Below, piece after piece: positions 19,789 through 29,677 of a stretch of DNA of 64,000 bases; position 1 is the first letter of the stretch; every line of letters starts with the position of its first letter. The DNA lies in contig JAZDKB010000009.1 in the NCBI GenBank assembly GCA_043803405.1, positions 64,001-128,000 on the forward strand, read 5' to 3'. The translations under genes and the position numbers were made by a program. A model generated the notes under the pieces. It saw nothing but the letters and a program-made list of their open reading frames with translations, was not told the DNA's origin and did no database searches. The DNA comes from Spirochaetota bacterium. Lineage in GTDB: Bacteria; Spirochaetota; UBA4802; JAFGDQ01.

Positions 19789-20358
19789 CTATTGTGCCTT
19801 TTGTTTTTCTCTTTGCTTGAACTTATTAATAATTCTGCCGACTTCCGCGCTTCCCTTTATTTTATGCGGGAAAAAACCGAGCTTCCCTTTGCTTAAAAAT
19901 TTAGGGCCAAGCTCCATATCATCAAAAAACCGTTTGGATTTTAATTTATAGCTTATTATTATTCCCAGTTCATAAATACGGCCGAACATTTTCATTGATT
20001 CCATAAAAGAATCGTAAAATGATTTAATCTCTTTTTCAGCTACTTTGTTTTCTCTTCTGGCAATGTGCCTTAAAACATCCATAATATGAGCTACATCGAT
20101 CTGGCAGGGACAACGCGTTGTGCATGTTTCGCATGTGGCGCAGAGCCATATCGCTTTTGAATTAAGGATTGTTTCTTTTTGGCCGGTTTGAAGCAGGCGC
20201 ATTATCATGCTTACAGGATAGTCAAAGTATTGGGTATATGGGCATCCAGCTGTGCAATTTCCGCACTGGTAACAAAGCGACGGATTATCGCCGCTCTCAT
20301 TTTTAAACTTTTCCACGAACGATCGATCGGTCTGTTTTGTCAGGTTGATAGAATCCAT
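19789..20358 (-). CDS. hdrC: Heterodisulfide reductase subunit C
   Basis: CYQCGNCTAGCP and WLCATCETCTTRCP. Confidence 0.93.
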   Translation of the reverse strand: MDSINLTKQTDRSFVEKFKNESGDNPSLCYQCGNCTAGCPYTQYFDYPVSMIMRLLQTGQKETILNSKAIWLCATCETCTTRCPCQIDVAHIMDVLRHIARRENKVAEKEIKSFYDSFMESMKMFGRIYELGIIISYKLKSKRFFDDMELGPKFLSKGKLGFFPHKIKGSAEVGRIINKFKQREKQKAQ

Positions 20359-20842
20359 CGGTTAGCACTAATCCGTAAAATTTTATTTAATTCTGTTATA
20401 TTATTTTTTATTAGAATAGGGACAAAGATAAATTCCTTAGATAAAAAATCAATAAAAAAATCTTGGAAAAAAATTTTAATGCAATTTACATAATAAAATC
20501 CATTGACTTTTTATAATTAACTCTGATATTCCCAGGAAATATGTCAATTATATATTTAACGTAATGTATGGGAACGCTCATATTCTATAAAAATATATTG
20601 AAGGAATAAAACCTTTACAAACCCCTTCAATACATACAGGGAAATATCCTACTTAATTACTTTATCCGGCCGGAAATTGATACCTCCATTTGGAATATTA
20701 TTTTATATGTTGTAATTTATAAATATTTGTATTATAATATTTTTTAATATTTAGAGAGATCTTAAAAATCAGATAATATAATATTAATTTGCCATCATGG
20801 TTAAGATTGAGTTAAACTCGTCAACTGAACTAAAATCAACCT

Positions 20843-23800
20843 ATGATATATATAGACTTAACATACAATTTAACTTTATTAATAACTTTAAGTACTATTT
20901 CAGGATTTATTGAGAATCGCTGGTCAAGAAATAGCCGTCCTGGAATCCTGTTACAAGGCTTGCTTTTCGGTGGAGCTGCTTTGCTGGGTATGTTATGGTC
21001 ATGGCATCTTACTCCCGGAATCTTTGTTGATGGCAGATCCGTTGTAATAAGCCTTTGCGCTCTGTTTTTCGGGCCTTTTGCGGCTGCGCTCTCATGTGCG
21101 ATTGCGATAATATACCGCATCTGGACTGGCGGTGCGGGGATGATTACTGGAATTTTTTTGATCCTTCTGTCAGGAATTATTGGCGCACTGACCCGTTTTT
21201 ACATTAAACCTGAAGTAAAATATATCTCATCAAAAAATCTCTATTTATTTGGTCTTATTGTGCACATTGCGACACTTGCCACTATGTTCACACTTCCCGG
21301 AGGAACAGGATCTGATGTTTTAGCACGTATTGGTCCTCCTGTTATTTTACTTTTTCCGCTGGCTACCGTACTTACAGGTAAAATTTTATACAAACATATT
21401 GAATCAAGAGATATAAGCAAGGCTTTGCATAATAGTGAGGAACGTTACCGTTTAATTGCTGAAAATATTTCTGACACAATAGGAGAATTTGATTTAGATC
21501 TTAATGCCAAATATATAAGTCCGTCCGTATTAAAACTGCGCGGTTATTCTGCTCAGGAGGTAATGACTCAAACACTGGATCAAATGCTAACCCCTGAATC
21601 TGCGCAAAAAGTCAGGAAAAAATTATTGGAACAGTTGGCTATGGAGAACGCCGGAAATGCAGAACAGTCCGGAAACGTTATTCTTGAGCTTGAAGAATAT
21701 TGTAAGGATGGTTCAACAATTTGGGTTGAATTATCTGCATTATTTTTAAGAGATACAAATAAAAAACCTACAGGTATTCTATCGGTTACAAGGGATATAA
21801 CTGCCCGTAAACGTGCAGCGGAGAAAATAATTGAATCCGAAGCTAAATACCGTACAGTAGTGGAGAGTTCTCTTGTTGGCGTTTATATTATCCAGGATAA
21901 TCTTCTGCGTTTTGTGAATAAGCGATGGTGTATAATTTACGGATATTCCACGGAGGAAATTATCAATAAAATCAGTCCTCTGGATCTGACTCCACCAGAA
22001 GAAAAAAATAAAGTAGCGGAAAACATAAAAAAACGGTTAAGCGGCGAAATTGACAGTATTGAATATGAGACAAAGGCAATCAGGAAAGACGGCAGAATCA
22101 TAAACATACGGGTAATGGGCAGCGTAGTGCTCTATAATGGCAGACCTGCTATTTCAGGGACAGTTATAAACATTACGGAGCGCAAACAGGCAGAGGAAAA
22201 TTTAAAAGAAAGCGAACGCCGTTTCGCGACACTTATCAATAATCTGCCCGGGCTCGTTTATCGTTGCAAAAATGATCTCAACTGGACTATGGAATATCTA
22301 AGTGATAGATGTGAAGAACTTACCGGATATCTGCCGGAGGATCTACTAAATAACACGGTACTGTCGTATAATGACCTGATCCATCCTGAAGATCGTAAGC
22401 AGGTATATGATTCGGTTCAAAACCATATAAATATAAAACAATCCTATCAAATGACCTATCGGATAAAAACAGCTCAGGAAACTGTAAAATGGGTCTGGGA
22501 AAAAGGCACAGGTGTTTTCAATGAGACAGGCGAGCTGATGGCATTGGAAGGTTTTATCGCCGATATTTCGGAACGTAAGCAAGCACAAGAGGCACTTGTT
22601 GAATCCGAAGGTAAATACAGGATTTTAGTAGAAAGCGTTCTTGTCGGAGTTTATGTTATTCAGGACAATCTCTTCCGATTTGTAAATAAACGATTCTGCG
22701 AGATATATGGGTATTCCTATGATGAAATTGTGGATAAATTGAGTCCCGTTGATATTACTTATGCCAATGATACAGGAATAGTAACCGAAAACCTTAGAAA
22801 ACGGATTAGCGGAGAAATTGATAGCATAAGCTATACAATAAGGGGTGTCAGAAAGGATGGAGAGATCAGGATGATTGAAATATTTGGCGGTGTATCGACA
22901 TATAACGGGCGAAGGGCAATTTTAGGGACAATAATAGATGTAACTGAAAGGAAACACGCTGAAGAAGCATTAAAAGAAAAAGAAGAATTTTTATCATCAA
23001 TTGTTGAAAATATCCCGGATATGATTTTTATTAAAGATGCCAGGGAACTGAGGTTTATTCGCTTTAATAAAGCAGGAGAAAATCTTCTGGGATACAAGAG
23101 AGAAGAATTGATCGGCAGGAATGATTATGATTTTTTTCCTGCTGACCAGGCTGATTTTTTTACAAAAAAAGATATGGAAGTATTAAAGAGCGGACAATTG
23201 TATGATATACCTGAGGAGCCCATTGATACTAAATCCGGGAAAAAGATTCTTCATACACAAAAAATCCCTATCCCTGATAAAAACGGAAATCCGGCATATC
23301 TCCTTGGAATATCGGAAGATATAACAGATCGCAAACAGTCAGAGAAGGAGCAGGAGAGACTGCAATCTCAGCTGTTACAGGCACAAAAAATGGAGTCCAT
23401 CGGCCGTCTTGCAGGCGGTGTAGCCCATGATTTCAACAACATGCTTTCGGTTATCACGGGGTATACAGAGCTTATTACCAGTGAAATCGATCCATCCCAA
23501 CCGATTTTCGGCAGGCTTCAGGAAATCCGGAAAGCTGCTCAGCGGTCAGCCGAACTGACTAGACAGCTGCTGGCATTTGCACGCAAGCAAACTATATCAC
23601 CAAGAATACTTAATATAAATGAAACTATTGAGAACATACTAAAAATACTGAGACGCTTAATAGGAGAGGATATCGATCTTGTCTGGATTCCGGGGATACA
23701 CGTACGACCGATTAAAATAGATCCGGCTCAGATAGACCAAATCCTGACGAACCTGTGTATAAATGCAAGAGATGCTATCGCTGGCGTCGGTAAGGTTACT

Positions 23801-24508
23801 ATTGCAACGCAACCGATATCAATTAATGAACTATTCTGCGACACCCATCCGGACTTTTCTCCGGGCGAATTTATCCTGCTGACAGTCAGTGACAACGGAC
23901 GCGGCATGGAAAAAGATATTCTGGATAAATTGTTTGAGCCATTCTTTACAACTAAAGATCGCGGCAAGGGTACCGGTCTTGGGCTGGCAACAGTTTATGG
24001 CATAGTAAAACAGAATAACGGACTTATCAATGTATATAGTGAGCCCGGGCATGGTACAATCTTTAAAATTTATTTACCCTGCATCAAGGAAGATATAGAA
24101 ATACTCAGAGAAGAACTGGTATCACAAATACCGCATGGTAATGAGACACTCCTTCTTGTGGAGGACGAGCCTCTTACGCTAAAAATGACCAGGGAGATGC
24201 TGGAAAGCCTAGGATATCAAGTGCTGGCTGCGCGCAACCCTGGCGACGCCATTAAGATCGCCACTGAGTATTCCAGTAAAATCCAGCTTCTTGTAACCGA
24301 TGTGATAATGCCCGACATGAACGGAAAGGACCTGAAGATAAAACTGTCTCTAATTTGTCCGAAGCTGAAATGTTTATTTACATCCGGCTATACAAGCGAT
24401 ATAATCGCTCACCAAGGCGTTCTGGACGATGGTGTCAATTTTATTCAAAAGCCTTTTTCAATTCATGATATAGCTGCTAAAATACGTGAAATTCTGGATA
24501 AGGACTAA
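20843..24508 (+). CDS. Hybrid sensor histidine kinase (5TM-LYT sensor, five PAS domains, HisKA, HATPase, receiver)
   Basis: N-terminal TM with [14 protein letters not shown] DITxRK repeats; AHDFNN, NARDA, DNGRG, GTGLGL; receiver VEDE, TDVIMP, KPF. Confidence 0.94.
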   Translation: MIYIDLTYNLTLLITLSTISGFIENRWSRNSRPGILLQGLLFGGAALLGMLWSWHLTPGIFVDGRSVVISLCALFFGPFAAALSCAIAIIYRIWTGGAGMITGIFLILLSGIIGALTRFYIKPEVKYISSKNLYLFGLIVHIATLATMFTLPGGTGSDVLARIGPPVILLFPLATVLTGKILYKHIESRDISKALHNSEERYRLIAENISDTIGEFDLDLNAKYISPSVLKLRGYSAQEVMTQTLDQMLTPESAQKVRKKLLEQLAMENAGNAEQSGNVILELEEYCKDGSTIWVELSALFLRDTNKKPTGILSVTRDITARKRAAEKIIESEAKYRTVVESSLVGVYIIQDNLLRFVNKRWCIIYGYSTEEIINKISPLDLTPPEEKNKVAENIKKRLSGEIDSIEYETKAIRKDGRIINIRVMGSVVLYNGRPAISGTVINITERKQAEENLKESERRFATLINNLPGLVYRCKNDLNWTMEYLSDRCEELTGYLPEDLLNNTVLSYNDLIHPEDRKQVYDSVQNHINIKQSYQMTYRIKTAQETVKWVWEKGTGVFNETGELMALEGFIADISERKQAQEALVESEGKYRILVESVLVGVYVIQDNLFRFVNKRFCEIYGYSYDEIVDKLSPVDITYANDTGIVTENLRKRISGEIDSISYTIRGVRKDGEIRMIEIFGGVSTYNGRRAILGTIIDVTERKHAEEALKEKEEFLSSIVENIPDMIFIKDARELRFIRFNKAGENLLGYKREELIGRNDYDFFPADQADFFTKKDMEVLKSGQLYDIPEEPIDTKSGKKILHTQKIPIPDKNGNPAYLLGISEDITDRKQSEKEQERLQSQLLQAQKMESIGRLAGGVAHDFNNMLSVITGYTELITSEIDPSQPIFGRLQEIRKAAQRSAELTRQLLAFARKQTISPRILNINETIENILKILRRLIGEDIDLVWIPGIHVRPIKIDPAQIDQILTNLCINARDAIAGVGKVTIATQPISINELFCDTHPDFSPGEFILLTVSDNGRGMEKDILDKLFEPFFTTKDRGKGTGLGLATVYGIVKQNNGLINVYSEPGHGTIFKIYLPCIKEDIEILREELVSQIPHGNETLLLVEDEPLTLKMTREMLESLGYQVLAARNPGDAIKIATEYSSKIQLLVTDVIMPDMNGKDLKIKLSLICPKLKCLFTSGYTSDIIAHQGVLDDGVNFIQKPFSIHDIAAKIREILDKD

Positions 24509-24649
24509 GAATGCATCCAAATACCAAATATTAAATCGTATTAAACAACAATAAAAGAAGTCTTAATAGGTTTCAAGACACACTCAAAGTGGAAATAGAT
24601 AATTACATATTCTCTAGAACAATAAAATAATTTCCCTAATCCTAAATCA

Positions 24650-24678
24650 TTGACTTTTTAAAAGAGATAAGATATAAT
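24650..24678 (+). promoter_or_regulatory. Sigma70 promoter
   Basis: TTGACT-N17-TATAAT. Confidence 0.65.
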
Positions 24679-24715
24679 ACGACTCAAATATTGAATTTAA
24701 CGAATTAATATAACC

Positions 24716-24796
24716 TGTCATTCCGGACTAATATGAAAATCTGGTGTTTATTCCGAACAATGGATTTATCATGAAGAATTGTACTTTCGGAATGAT
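24716..24796. repeat. Degenerate GTCATT(C/T)CG-type REP pair
   Basis: TGTCATTCCGGA...AAATCT ... GGATT...TTCGGAATGAT; related to 63778-63806. Confidence 0.45.
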
Positions 24797-24899
24797 TAAT
24801 CAACCGTTAATAACTATATTTATTATTTAAAATAAATAAATCAGCATAACAAGATACAGTTTTATAAAAAATTATTATTCAACTTTCATGGAGGGAATT

Positions 24900-25472
24900 A
24901 TGGTAATGCGCAATAAAATATTTATTTTTGTTTTAATATGCCTTCTTTCTTTTTTCAGTTGCTCCACAAAAAGATCGATCAGGTTTTCAAGGGCTTATAT
25001 TTCCACAAATTCCAGCCTTGCGGTAATAATCGACTGCCCTAATAATGCCAAGAACGTAGTGCTCAGTGAATTCATGAAAAAGAAATTCAAGATCAAGGCT
25101 ATCAATGCATCCGACCTTTATACTTTAAACGACGTATTCGATATTAAAGATTTCAAATCTGTTTCGTATAAATCTTCATTAAAAGATGTTTCGGCGCTTA
25201 TGGCGATGGAAAAGACATACGACAACCTTTACAAGCTGCACGTTTATAACTTTGAAGTAAACAAAGCCGAAATTTTGAAAGAAATGAAAAACAAATGGGA
25301 TGTAAATTATCTTATTATTCTTGACCTGAAGGACTGGCAGAACGTGAGCTGGGGAAGAGCGATTGATTTAAACAGCTACGAGCTGGTATGGATCGAGAAT
25401 TATCCTACCAAATACAGCGACAATGTTGAAAGCATAGTAAATCATTTCATAAACAGCATTACAGGATCATAG
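24900..25472 (+). CDS. Lipoprotein of unknown function (CsgG/TolB-N-like alpha/beta domain suspected)
   Basis: Lipobox-like LSFFS-C; GGAGG RBS; homologous to C-terminal half of next gene. Confidence 0.72.
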   Translation: MVMRNKIFIFVLICLLSFFSCSTKRSIRFSRAYISTNSSLAVIIDCPNNAKNVVLSEFMKKKFKIKAINASDLYTLNDVFDIKDFKSVSYKSSLKDVSALMAMEKTYDNLYKLHVYNFEVNKAEILKEMKNKWDVNYLIILDLKDWQNVSWGRAIDLNSYELVWIENYPTKYSDNVESIVNHFINSITGS

Positions 25473-25479
25473 ATTATAA

Positions 25480-26562
25480 ATGAAGATTTTAAAACTATTA
25501 CTTTTTCTTATTATTATTTTACCGGTATTTAAAGGCGCTTTAGATGCGAAACCGACGATCGCCTTTGGATACATGTACAACATAAGAAATGAACGCGAAC
25601 TGAATTATCTCGAATTTATTTTTCCTAACTCTTTTGCAAATTCAGTCGGGGCCAACTTCGATGTAAATATAAAAAAACCGCTTGAACTCGAAAGCGAATT
25701 AACCGCAAAAAATAAATCGTTAAAAAAAAATTACGAATATTATGAGCTGCCGGAATTAATTAATGAGATTAAATCTGATATTTTTATTTTTGGAAATTTT
25801 ATTTCCGCCCCGGATAATAAGATTAAAATCGTTCTCAATATATACATAAAAGGCCGGGGAGAAATATTCACTTTTACAAATACCGGAAGAATGGAAACCC
25901 AGGTCACAAAAATAGTCGACAGGATCAGCATCATTATTATTAACTTTATGGGCCAGCACAATCTGTATAAGGTCGCGAAAATAACACCAGGTACTAAGCT
26001 TGCGGTGCTGACAAATCTTGAAGGCGAGGAGCAAAACTATGTTCTGGCTGCCTTAATGCAAAAAGGCTATCGTATTTCATGTTTTCAGAATAACGAAATT
26101 CATAATATTGTCGATGATTTCTCAATAGATAAGTTCAGTTATATCACCAGTATGAAGAACTCCTACGAAATTATTTCCGACTGGAGAAAATCAGAATTTT
26201 ATCATGGTACCTGGACCGGAGAAAAATATTATAATTCCATTAATGATATTAAAGACCAGTATAATAAATATGATTTGAATTATGAAACCAGTAAAAACAA
26301 TGCCCTTGATAAAATAAGTTATGCTTTTAACGAGAATATCGACACAATTCTGATAATAGGTTTTTCCGGCAATAGAAAATCCTCGTGGGTGCGCGCGATA
26401 AGTATGAAGGAAAAAGAACTGATATGGATACAGTCAAACATAAAAAGCGACTTTTTAAGCTTTGATCCGTTAGCCGGCAATGTAAATAAAATAATTGAAT
26501 GGATGACCGCGGAGCCTCAAGATCCTTTCAGGAAGTTTGAGAAGCCTGCCGGCGGGAAATAA
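25480..26562 (+). CDS. Exported protein of unknown function, two alpha/beta domains
   Basis: Signal peptide (ALDA/K); C-terminal domain paralogous to the upstream lipoprotein. Confidence 0.72.
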   Translation: MKILKLLLFLIIILPVFKGALDAKPTIAFGYMYNIRNERELNYLEFIFPNSFANSVGANFDVNIKKPLELESELTAKNKSLKKNYEYYELPELINEIKSDIFIFGNFISAPDNKIKIVLNIYIKGRGEIFTFTNTGRMETQVTKIVDRISIIIINFMGQHNLYKVAKITPGTKLAVLTNLEGEEQNYVLAALMQKGYRISCFQNNEIHNIVDDFSIDKFSYITSMKNSYEIISDWRKSEFYHGTWTGEKYYNSINDIKDQYNKYDLNYETSKNNALDKISYAFNENIDTILIIGFSGNRKSSWVRAISMKEKELIWIQSNIKSDFLSFDPLAGNVNKIIEWMTAEPQDPFRKFEKPAGGK

Positions 26563-26571
26563 ATTATTTTT

Positions 26572-27207
26572 TTAAACCCACAGGCTTAACGGCGGGTAAT
26601 TTATGAGCGCATAAAGAATGTCGCTTCTGGTAATAATGCCTGTAAGTTCCCCCGAAGGTTCTTCGATAATTGGCATTGCCCCAATATGATTTTCAAACAT
26701 GGCTTTTGCTATCCTGCGTATATCCGTAAGCCTGCCCGACGTTATAACTTTCCTGGTCATTTTTTCCATTACAGTTTTCCTGGCGATATCGCTTTCATCG
26801 CAGTCAATAACGCACAGGCACCTTAGAATGTCCCTGTCCGATAATATACCTATTATTTTCTTTTCTTTTGAGAGTACAGGCATATGCCCAACGCCCTTCG
26901 CTTTAAAAAATTTCCATGCCTCTTCAATGGTCATTTCAGGATCGAGTGTTAATACAGGAGATTTCATTATTGTATACGCGTGCAGAATCGGTTCGCGGTC
27001 ACTGGTGATTTTAATCGCTTCTTTATAAGCTTTTACTGCGTGTGACAAGTTATCATGGCTGCCATGCTTTTCCTGCTGATCTGCCTTTCCGTCGATAATC
27101 TTCCTTGCAGTATTTGTCTTCTCTAATCCATAAACTTTCTCACGTATTCTGAGATCTTCAAGCGGAATATTATATTGAATGCCGTCAAGGCCCTGTATAT
27201 GGAACAA
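26572..27207 (-). CDS. CBS domain pair protein
   Basis: IMKSPVLT, GHMPV, IGILSDRDI, GAMPI, GIITRSDI; start reassigned to TTG 6 nt after AAGGAG. Confidence 0.85.
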   Translation of the reverse strand: MFHIQGLDGIQYNIPLEDLRIREKVYGLEKTNTARKIIDGKADQQEKHGSHDNLSHAVKAYKEAIKITSDREPILHAYTIMKSPVLTLDPEMTIEEAWKFFKAKGVGHMPVLSKEKKIIGILSDRDILRCLCVIDCDESDIARKTVMEKMTRKVITSGRLTDIRRIAKAMFENHIGAMPIIEEPSGELTGIITRSDILYALINYPPLSLWV

Positions 27208-27237
27208 TGGATACTCCTTAGCAAATATTATGACCTT

Positions 27238-27326
27238 ATAAATAAGAGCGCGCCCCAAAACCTAATCCAATCATATAGTCTTGGATCATAGTTTATAAAT
27301 AGGTTTTGGGACGCGCTCTTATTTAT
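27238..27326. mobile_element. MITE-like inverted repeat element
   Basis: 27-bp arms (ATAAATAAGAGCGCGCCCCAAAACCTA) with one mismatch, 35-nt spacer; can be read as TA|AGAGC...GCTCT|TA. Confidence 0.5.
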
Positions 27327-27364
27327 TTTATATTAGACCGTCTGTCTCTTCAAGACCAGAGGTT

Positions 27365-27607
27365 TTATTTACTGCATTTCTTATAGCATTCATCTTTTGC
27401 AACTTTACATGCTTCGATTTTTGCGGTCTTCTTAGCTTCGTCTTTATCCTTTTTAAAATCCTTTTCAGCAGAATCTTTACATTTGTTATAAGTAGTATCA
27501 CAGCCTGCTTCGCATGCCTTTTTCTTTGGATTCATATCATAACCATAACCATATATGGCTACTGACAATGCAATTACAGCCGATAAAGCAATAATCGTTT
27601 TTTTCAT
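27365..27607 (-). CDS. Small secreted Cys-rich protein
   Basis: GGAG RBS, signal peptide, CX3CX6C-X23-CX6CX3C; upstream TTGACA-N17-TAATAT. Confidence 0.75.
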   Translation of the reverse strand: MKKTIIALSAVIALSVAIYGYGYDMNPKKKACEAGCDTTYNKCKDSAEKDFKKDKDEAKKTAKIEACKVAKDECYKKCSK

Positions 27608-27715
27608 AATCTTCTCCACGACATTTTTTATTTTAAAAATAATTAACTTTTAATTCGCAAAATATTAAAGTAATTTTACTGATATGTCAAGAAGTTATCA
27701 CTTAGAACTTATTAT

Positions 27716-27748
27716 ACTTGTATATGCACTCAGAGTTCATATACAAGT
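27716..27748. promoter_or_regulatory. Near-perfect 33-bp palindrome between divergent promoters
   Basis: ACTTGTATATG-C-ACTC-A-GAGT-T-CATATACAAGT, between TTGACA boxes at 27685-27690 (minus) and 27780-27785 (plus). Confidence 0.45.
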
Positions 27749-27889
27749 TATACATCTGCTACTAATTTCTTTAAAACCCTTGACATTATCATTGTAAATT
27801 CAATATCTTGAAATAGTAACTTTGATGTCCAGCTGATTTCAGCAGTCAAATTACATTAATATTAGCAAGAATAACTTAAGGAGCATCAC

Positions 27890-29338
27890 GTGAGATTAAG
27901 ATTTGCGCCAAGCCCGACTGGCTACATACACATTGGCAATGTAAGAACCGCAGTATATAACTTTATTATCTCAAAAAAATATAATGCTGACTTCATATTA
28001 AGAATAGAGGATACTGATAAAGAAAGAAGCACTAAAGAATATGAAATAATGCTGATGGAGGATTTAAAATGGCTCGGCATTAAGTGGGTGGAAGGCCCGG
28101 ATATAGGCGGTTCGCACGGCCCTTACAGGCAATCTGAGAGATTCGATATTTACAAAGACTTTACAAATAAACTGCTCCAAAGCGGCCACGCGTATCACTG
28201 TTATTGCACACACGAAGAGCTTGAGGAAAACAGGAAAGAAGCTGCTGCTGCAAACAAACAGATAGTTTATTCCGGAAGGTGCAGGAACCTGTCTTCCGAA
28301 GAAAAAAAGAAATTCGAGGCAATGGGCAGGAAGCCGTCAGTAAGGTTCAGGCTTCCGGATGACGCGTCCATAGAAGTAGACGATCTTATTAAAGGTAAAG
28401 TCGTTTTCGACAGCGAGAATATAGGAGGCGACTTCATTATAGTACGATCGGACGGAATTCCGGTCTACAATTACATTGTAGTTATTGACGATGCCATGAT
28501 GAAGATCACGAACGTCATCCGCGGTGAAGATCATCTTTCGAATACACCGAAGCAGATACTTGTAGCGAAAGCGCTCGGGCTCTCATCGCCCAGATACGCG
28601 CATCACGGGCTCGTACTCGGCCCGGACAGGAGCAAGCTCAGCAAACGGCACGGCATCACATCGCTTAGAAGCTACCGCGAGCAGGGATATCTTCCGGAGG
28701 CTCTGCTGAATTATCTTTCGGTCCTTGGATGGGCGTCCGAGAGCGGCGAAGAAATATTTTCTATTGAAGAGATAGCCCAACAGATCGATATAGATAAGCT
28801 TTCCAGCAGCCCTGCGGTCTTCGACTTTCAGAAGCTCAAATGGATGAACGGACAATATCTCAGAAAATATCCTGTTGAAAAAATAACCGAACTTTTTATC
28901 CCATATATTAAAGAGTCCGGGTTCAGTCTGGAACATATAGAAAGAAGTGATCTTGAAGCAATTACCACCATACTTCAGGCAAAATGCGAATTATTGTCCG
29001 ACATCAAATCTTTCATCGGGATCTTTTTAACCGACGTTCTGGAACCGGATGAAGAAACAGATTCGCTTTTGAAAGAAAAAGACTCAAAAAAAATCATTAC
29101 TGAAGCCAGCAATTTTATCAAAGCAAACACAGCCGGTAAAGATTCGTTTAATAAAGAACTGGTGAACTTTATAAAAGAAAAGACTTCCCTGAAAGGCAAA
29201 AAGCTTTTTATGCCGATCAGAGGGATCCTGACCGGAAGGCTTAAGGGACCCGAACTCGACGACGCAGTACCAGTAATCGGCATCGAAAGATGTAAAAAAA
29301 GAATTGAATATATGTTTAACAGGTATATTTATAAATAG
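27890..29338 (+). CDS. gltX: Glutamate--tRNA ligase
   Basis: RFAPSPTG, HIGN, RIEDTD, IRGEDH, KLSKR; GTG start after AAGGAG. Confidence 0.96.
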   Translation: MRLRFAPSPTGYIHIGNVRTAVYNFIISKKYNADFILRIEDTDKERSTKEYEIMLMEDLKWLGIKWVEGPDIGGSHGPYRQSERFDIYKDFTNKLLQSGHAYHCYCTHEELEENRKEAAAANKQIVYSGRCRNLSSEEKKKFEAMGRKPSVRFRLPDDASIEVDDLIKGKVVFDSENIGGDFIIVRSDGIPVYNYIVVIDDAMMKITNVIRGEDHLSNTPKQILVAKALGLSSPRYAHHGLVLGPDRSKLSKRHGITSLRSYREQGYLPEALLNYLSVLGWASESGEEIFSIEEIAQQIDIDKLSSSPAVFDFQKLKWMNGQYLRKYPVEKITELFIPYIKESGFSLEHIERSDLEAITTILQAKCELLSDIKSFIGIFLTDVLEPDEETDSLLKEKDSKKIITEASNFIKANTAGKDSFNKELVNFIKEKTSLKGKKLFMPIRGILTGRLKGPELDDAVPVIGIERCKKRIEYMFNRYIYK

Positions 29339-29417
29339 ACTAGTCTGAGTGAGTCAGTCGTGTTTTTTATTTGCAGTGATTATATGGAGATAATTATTTT
29401 CTGGTTTTGGCGAAATA

Positions 29418-29608
29418 CCCTCAACCCCCTAACCCCCTTCTCCCAGAAAATTATTATAATTTTATCTTTATGATTGAAAGTATTTACTGTTTTAAATTAT
29501 TTTTTTATAAAAGGACAAGGGAGAAGGGGGAATTTTCCCCTCTCCCCGATTTTAATAAAATTTTCCAGTAAAAATATTTTACGGGGAGAGGGGATTAAGG
29601 GGTGAGGG
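29418..29608. repeat. REPIN-like doublet of GC-rich hairpins with expanded AT-rich loops
   Basis: CCCTCAACCCCCTAA-CCCCCTTCTCCC-N74-GGGAGAAGGGGG-AATTTT-CCCCTCTCCCCG-N33-CGGGGAGAGGGG-ATTAAGGGGTGAGGG. Confidence 0.8.
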
Positions 29609-29677
29609 CAAAGCATAAAATTTCTTAAAATCAAATATTATCTCTTAAATAATATCAATATTTTTACAATCAACAAT

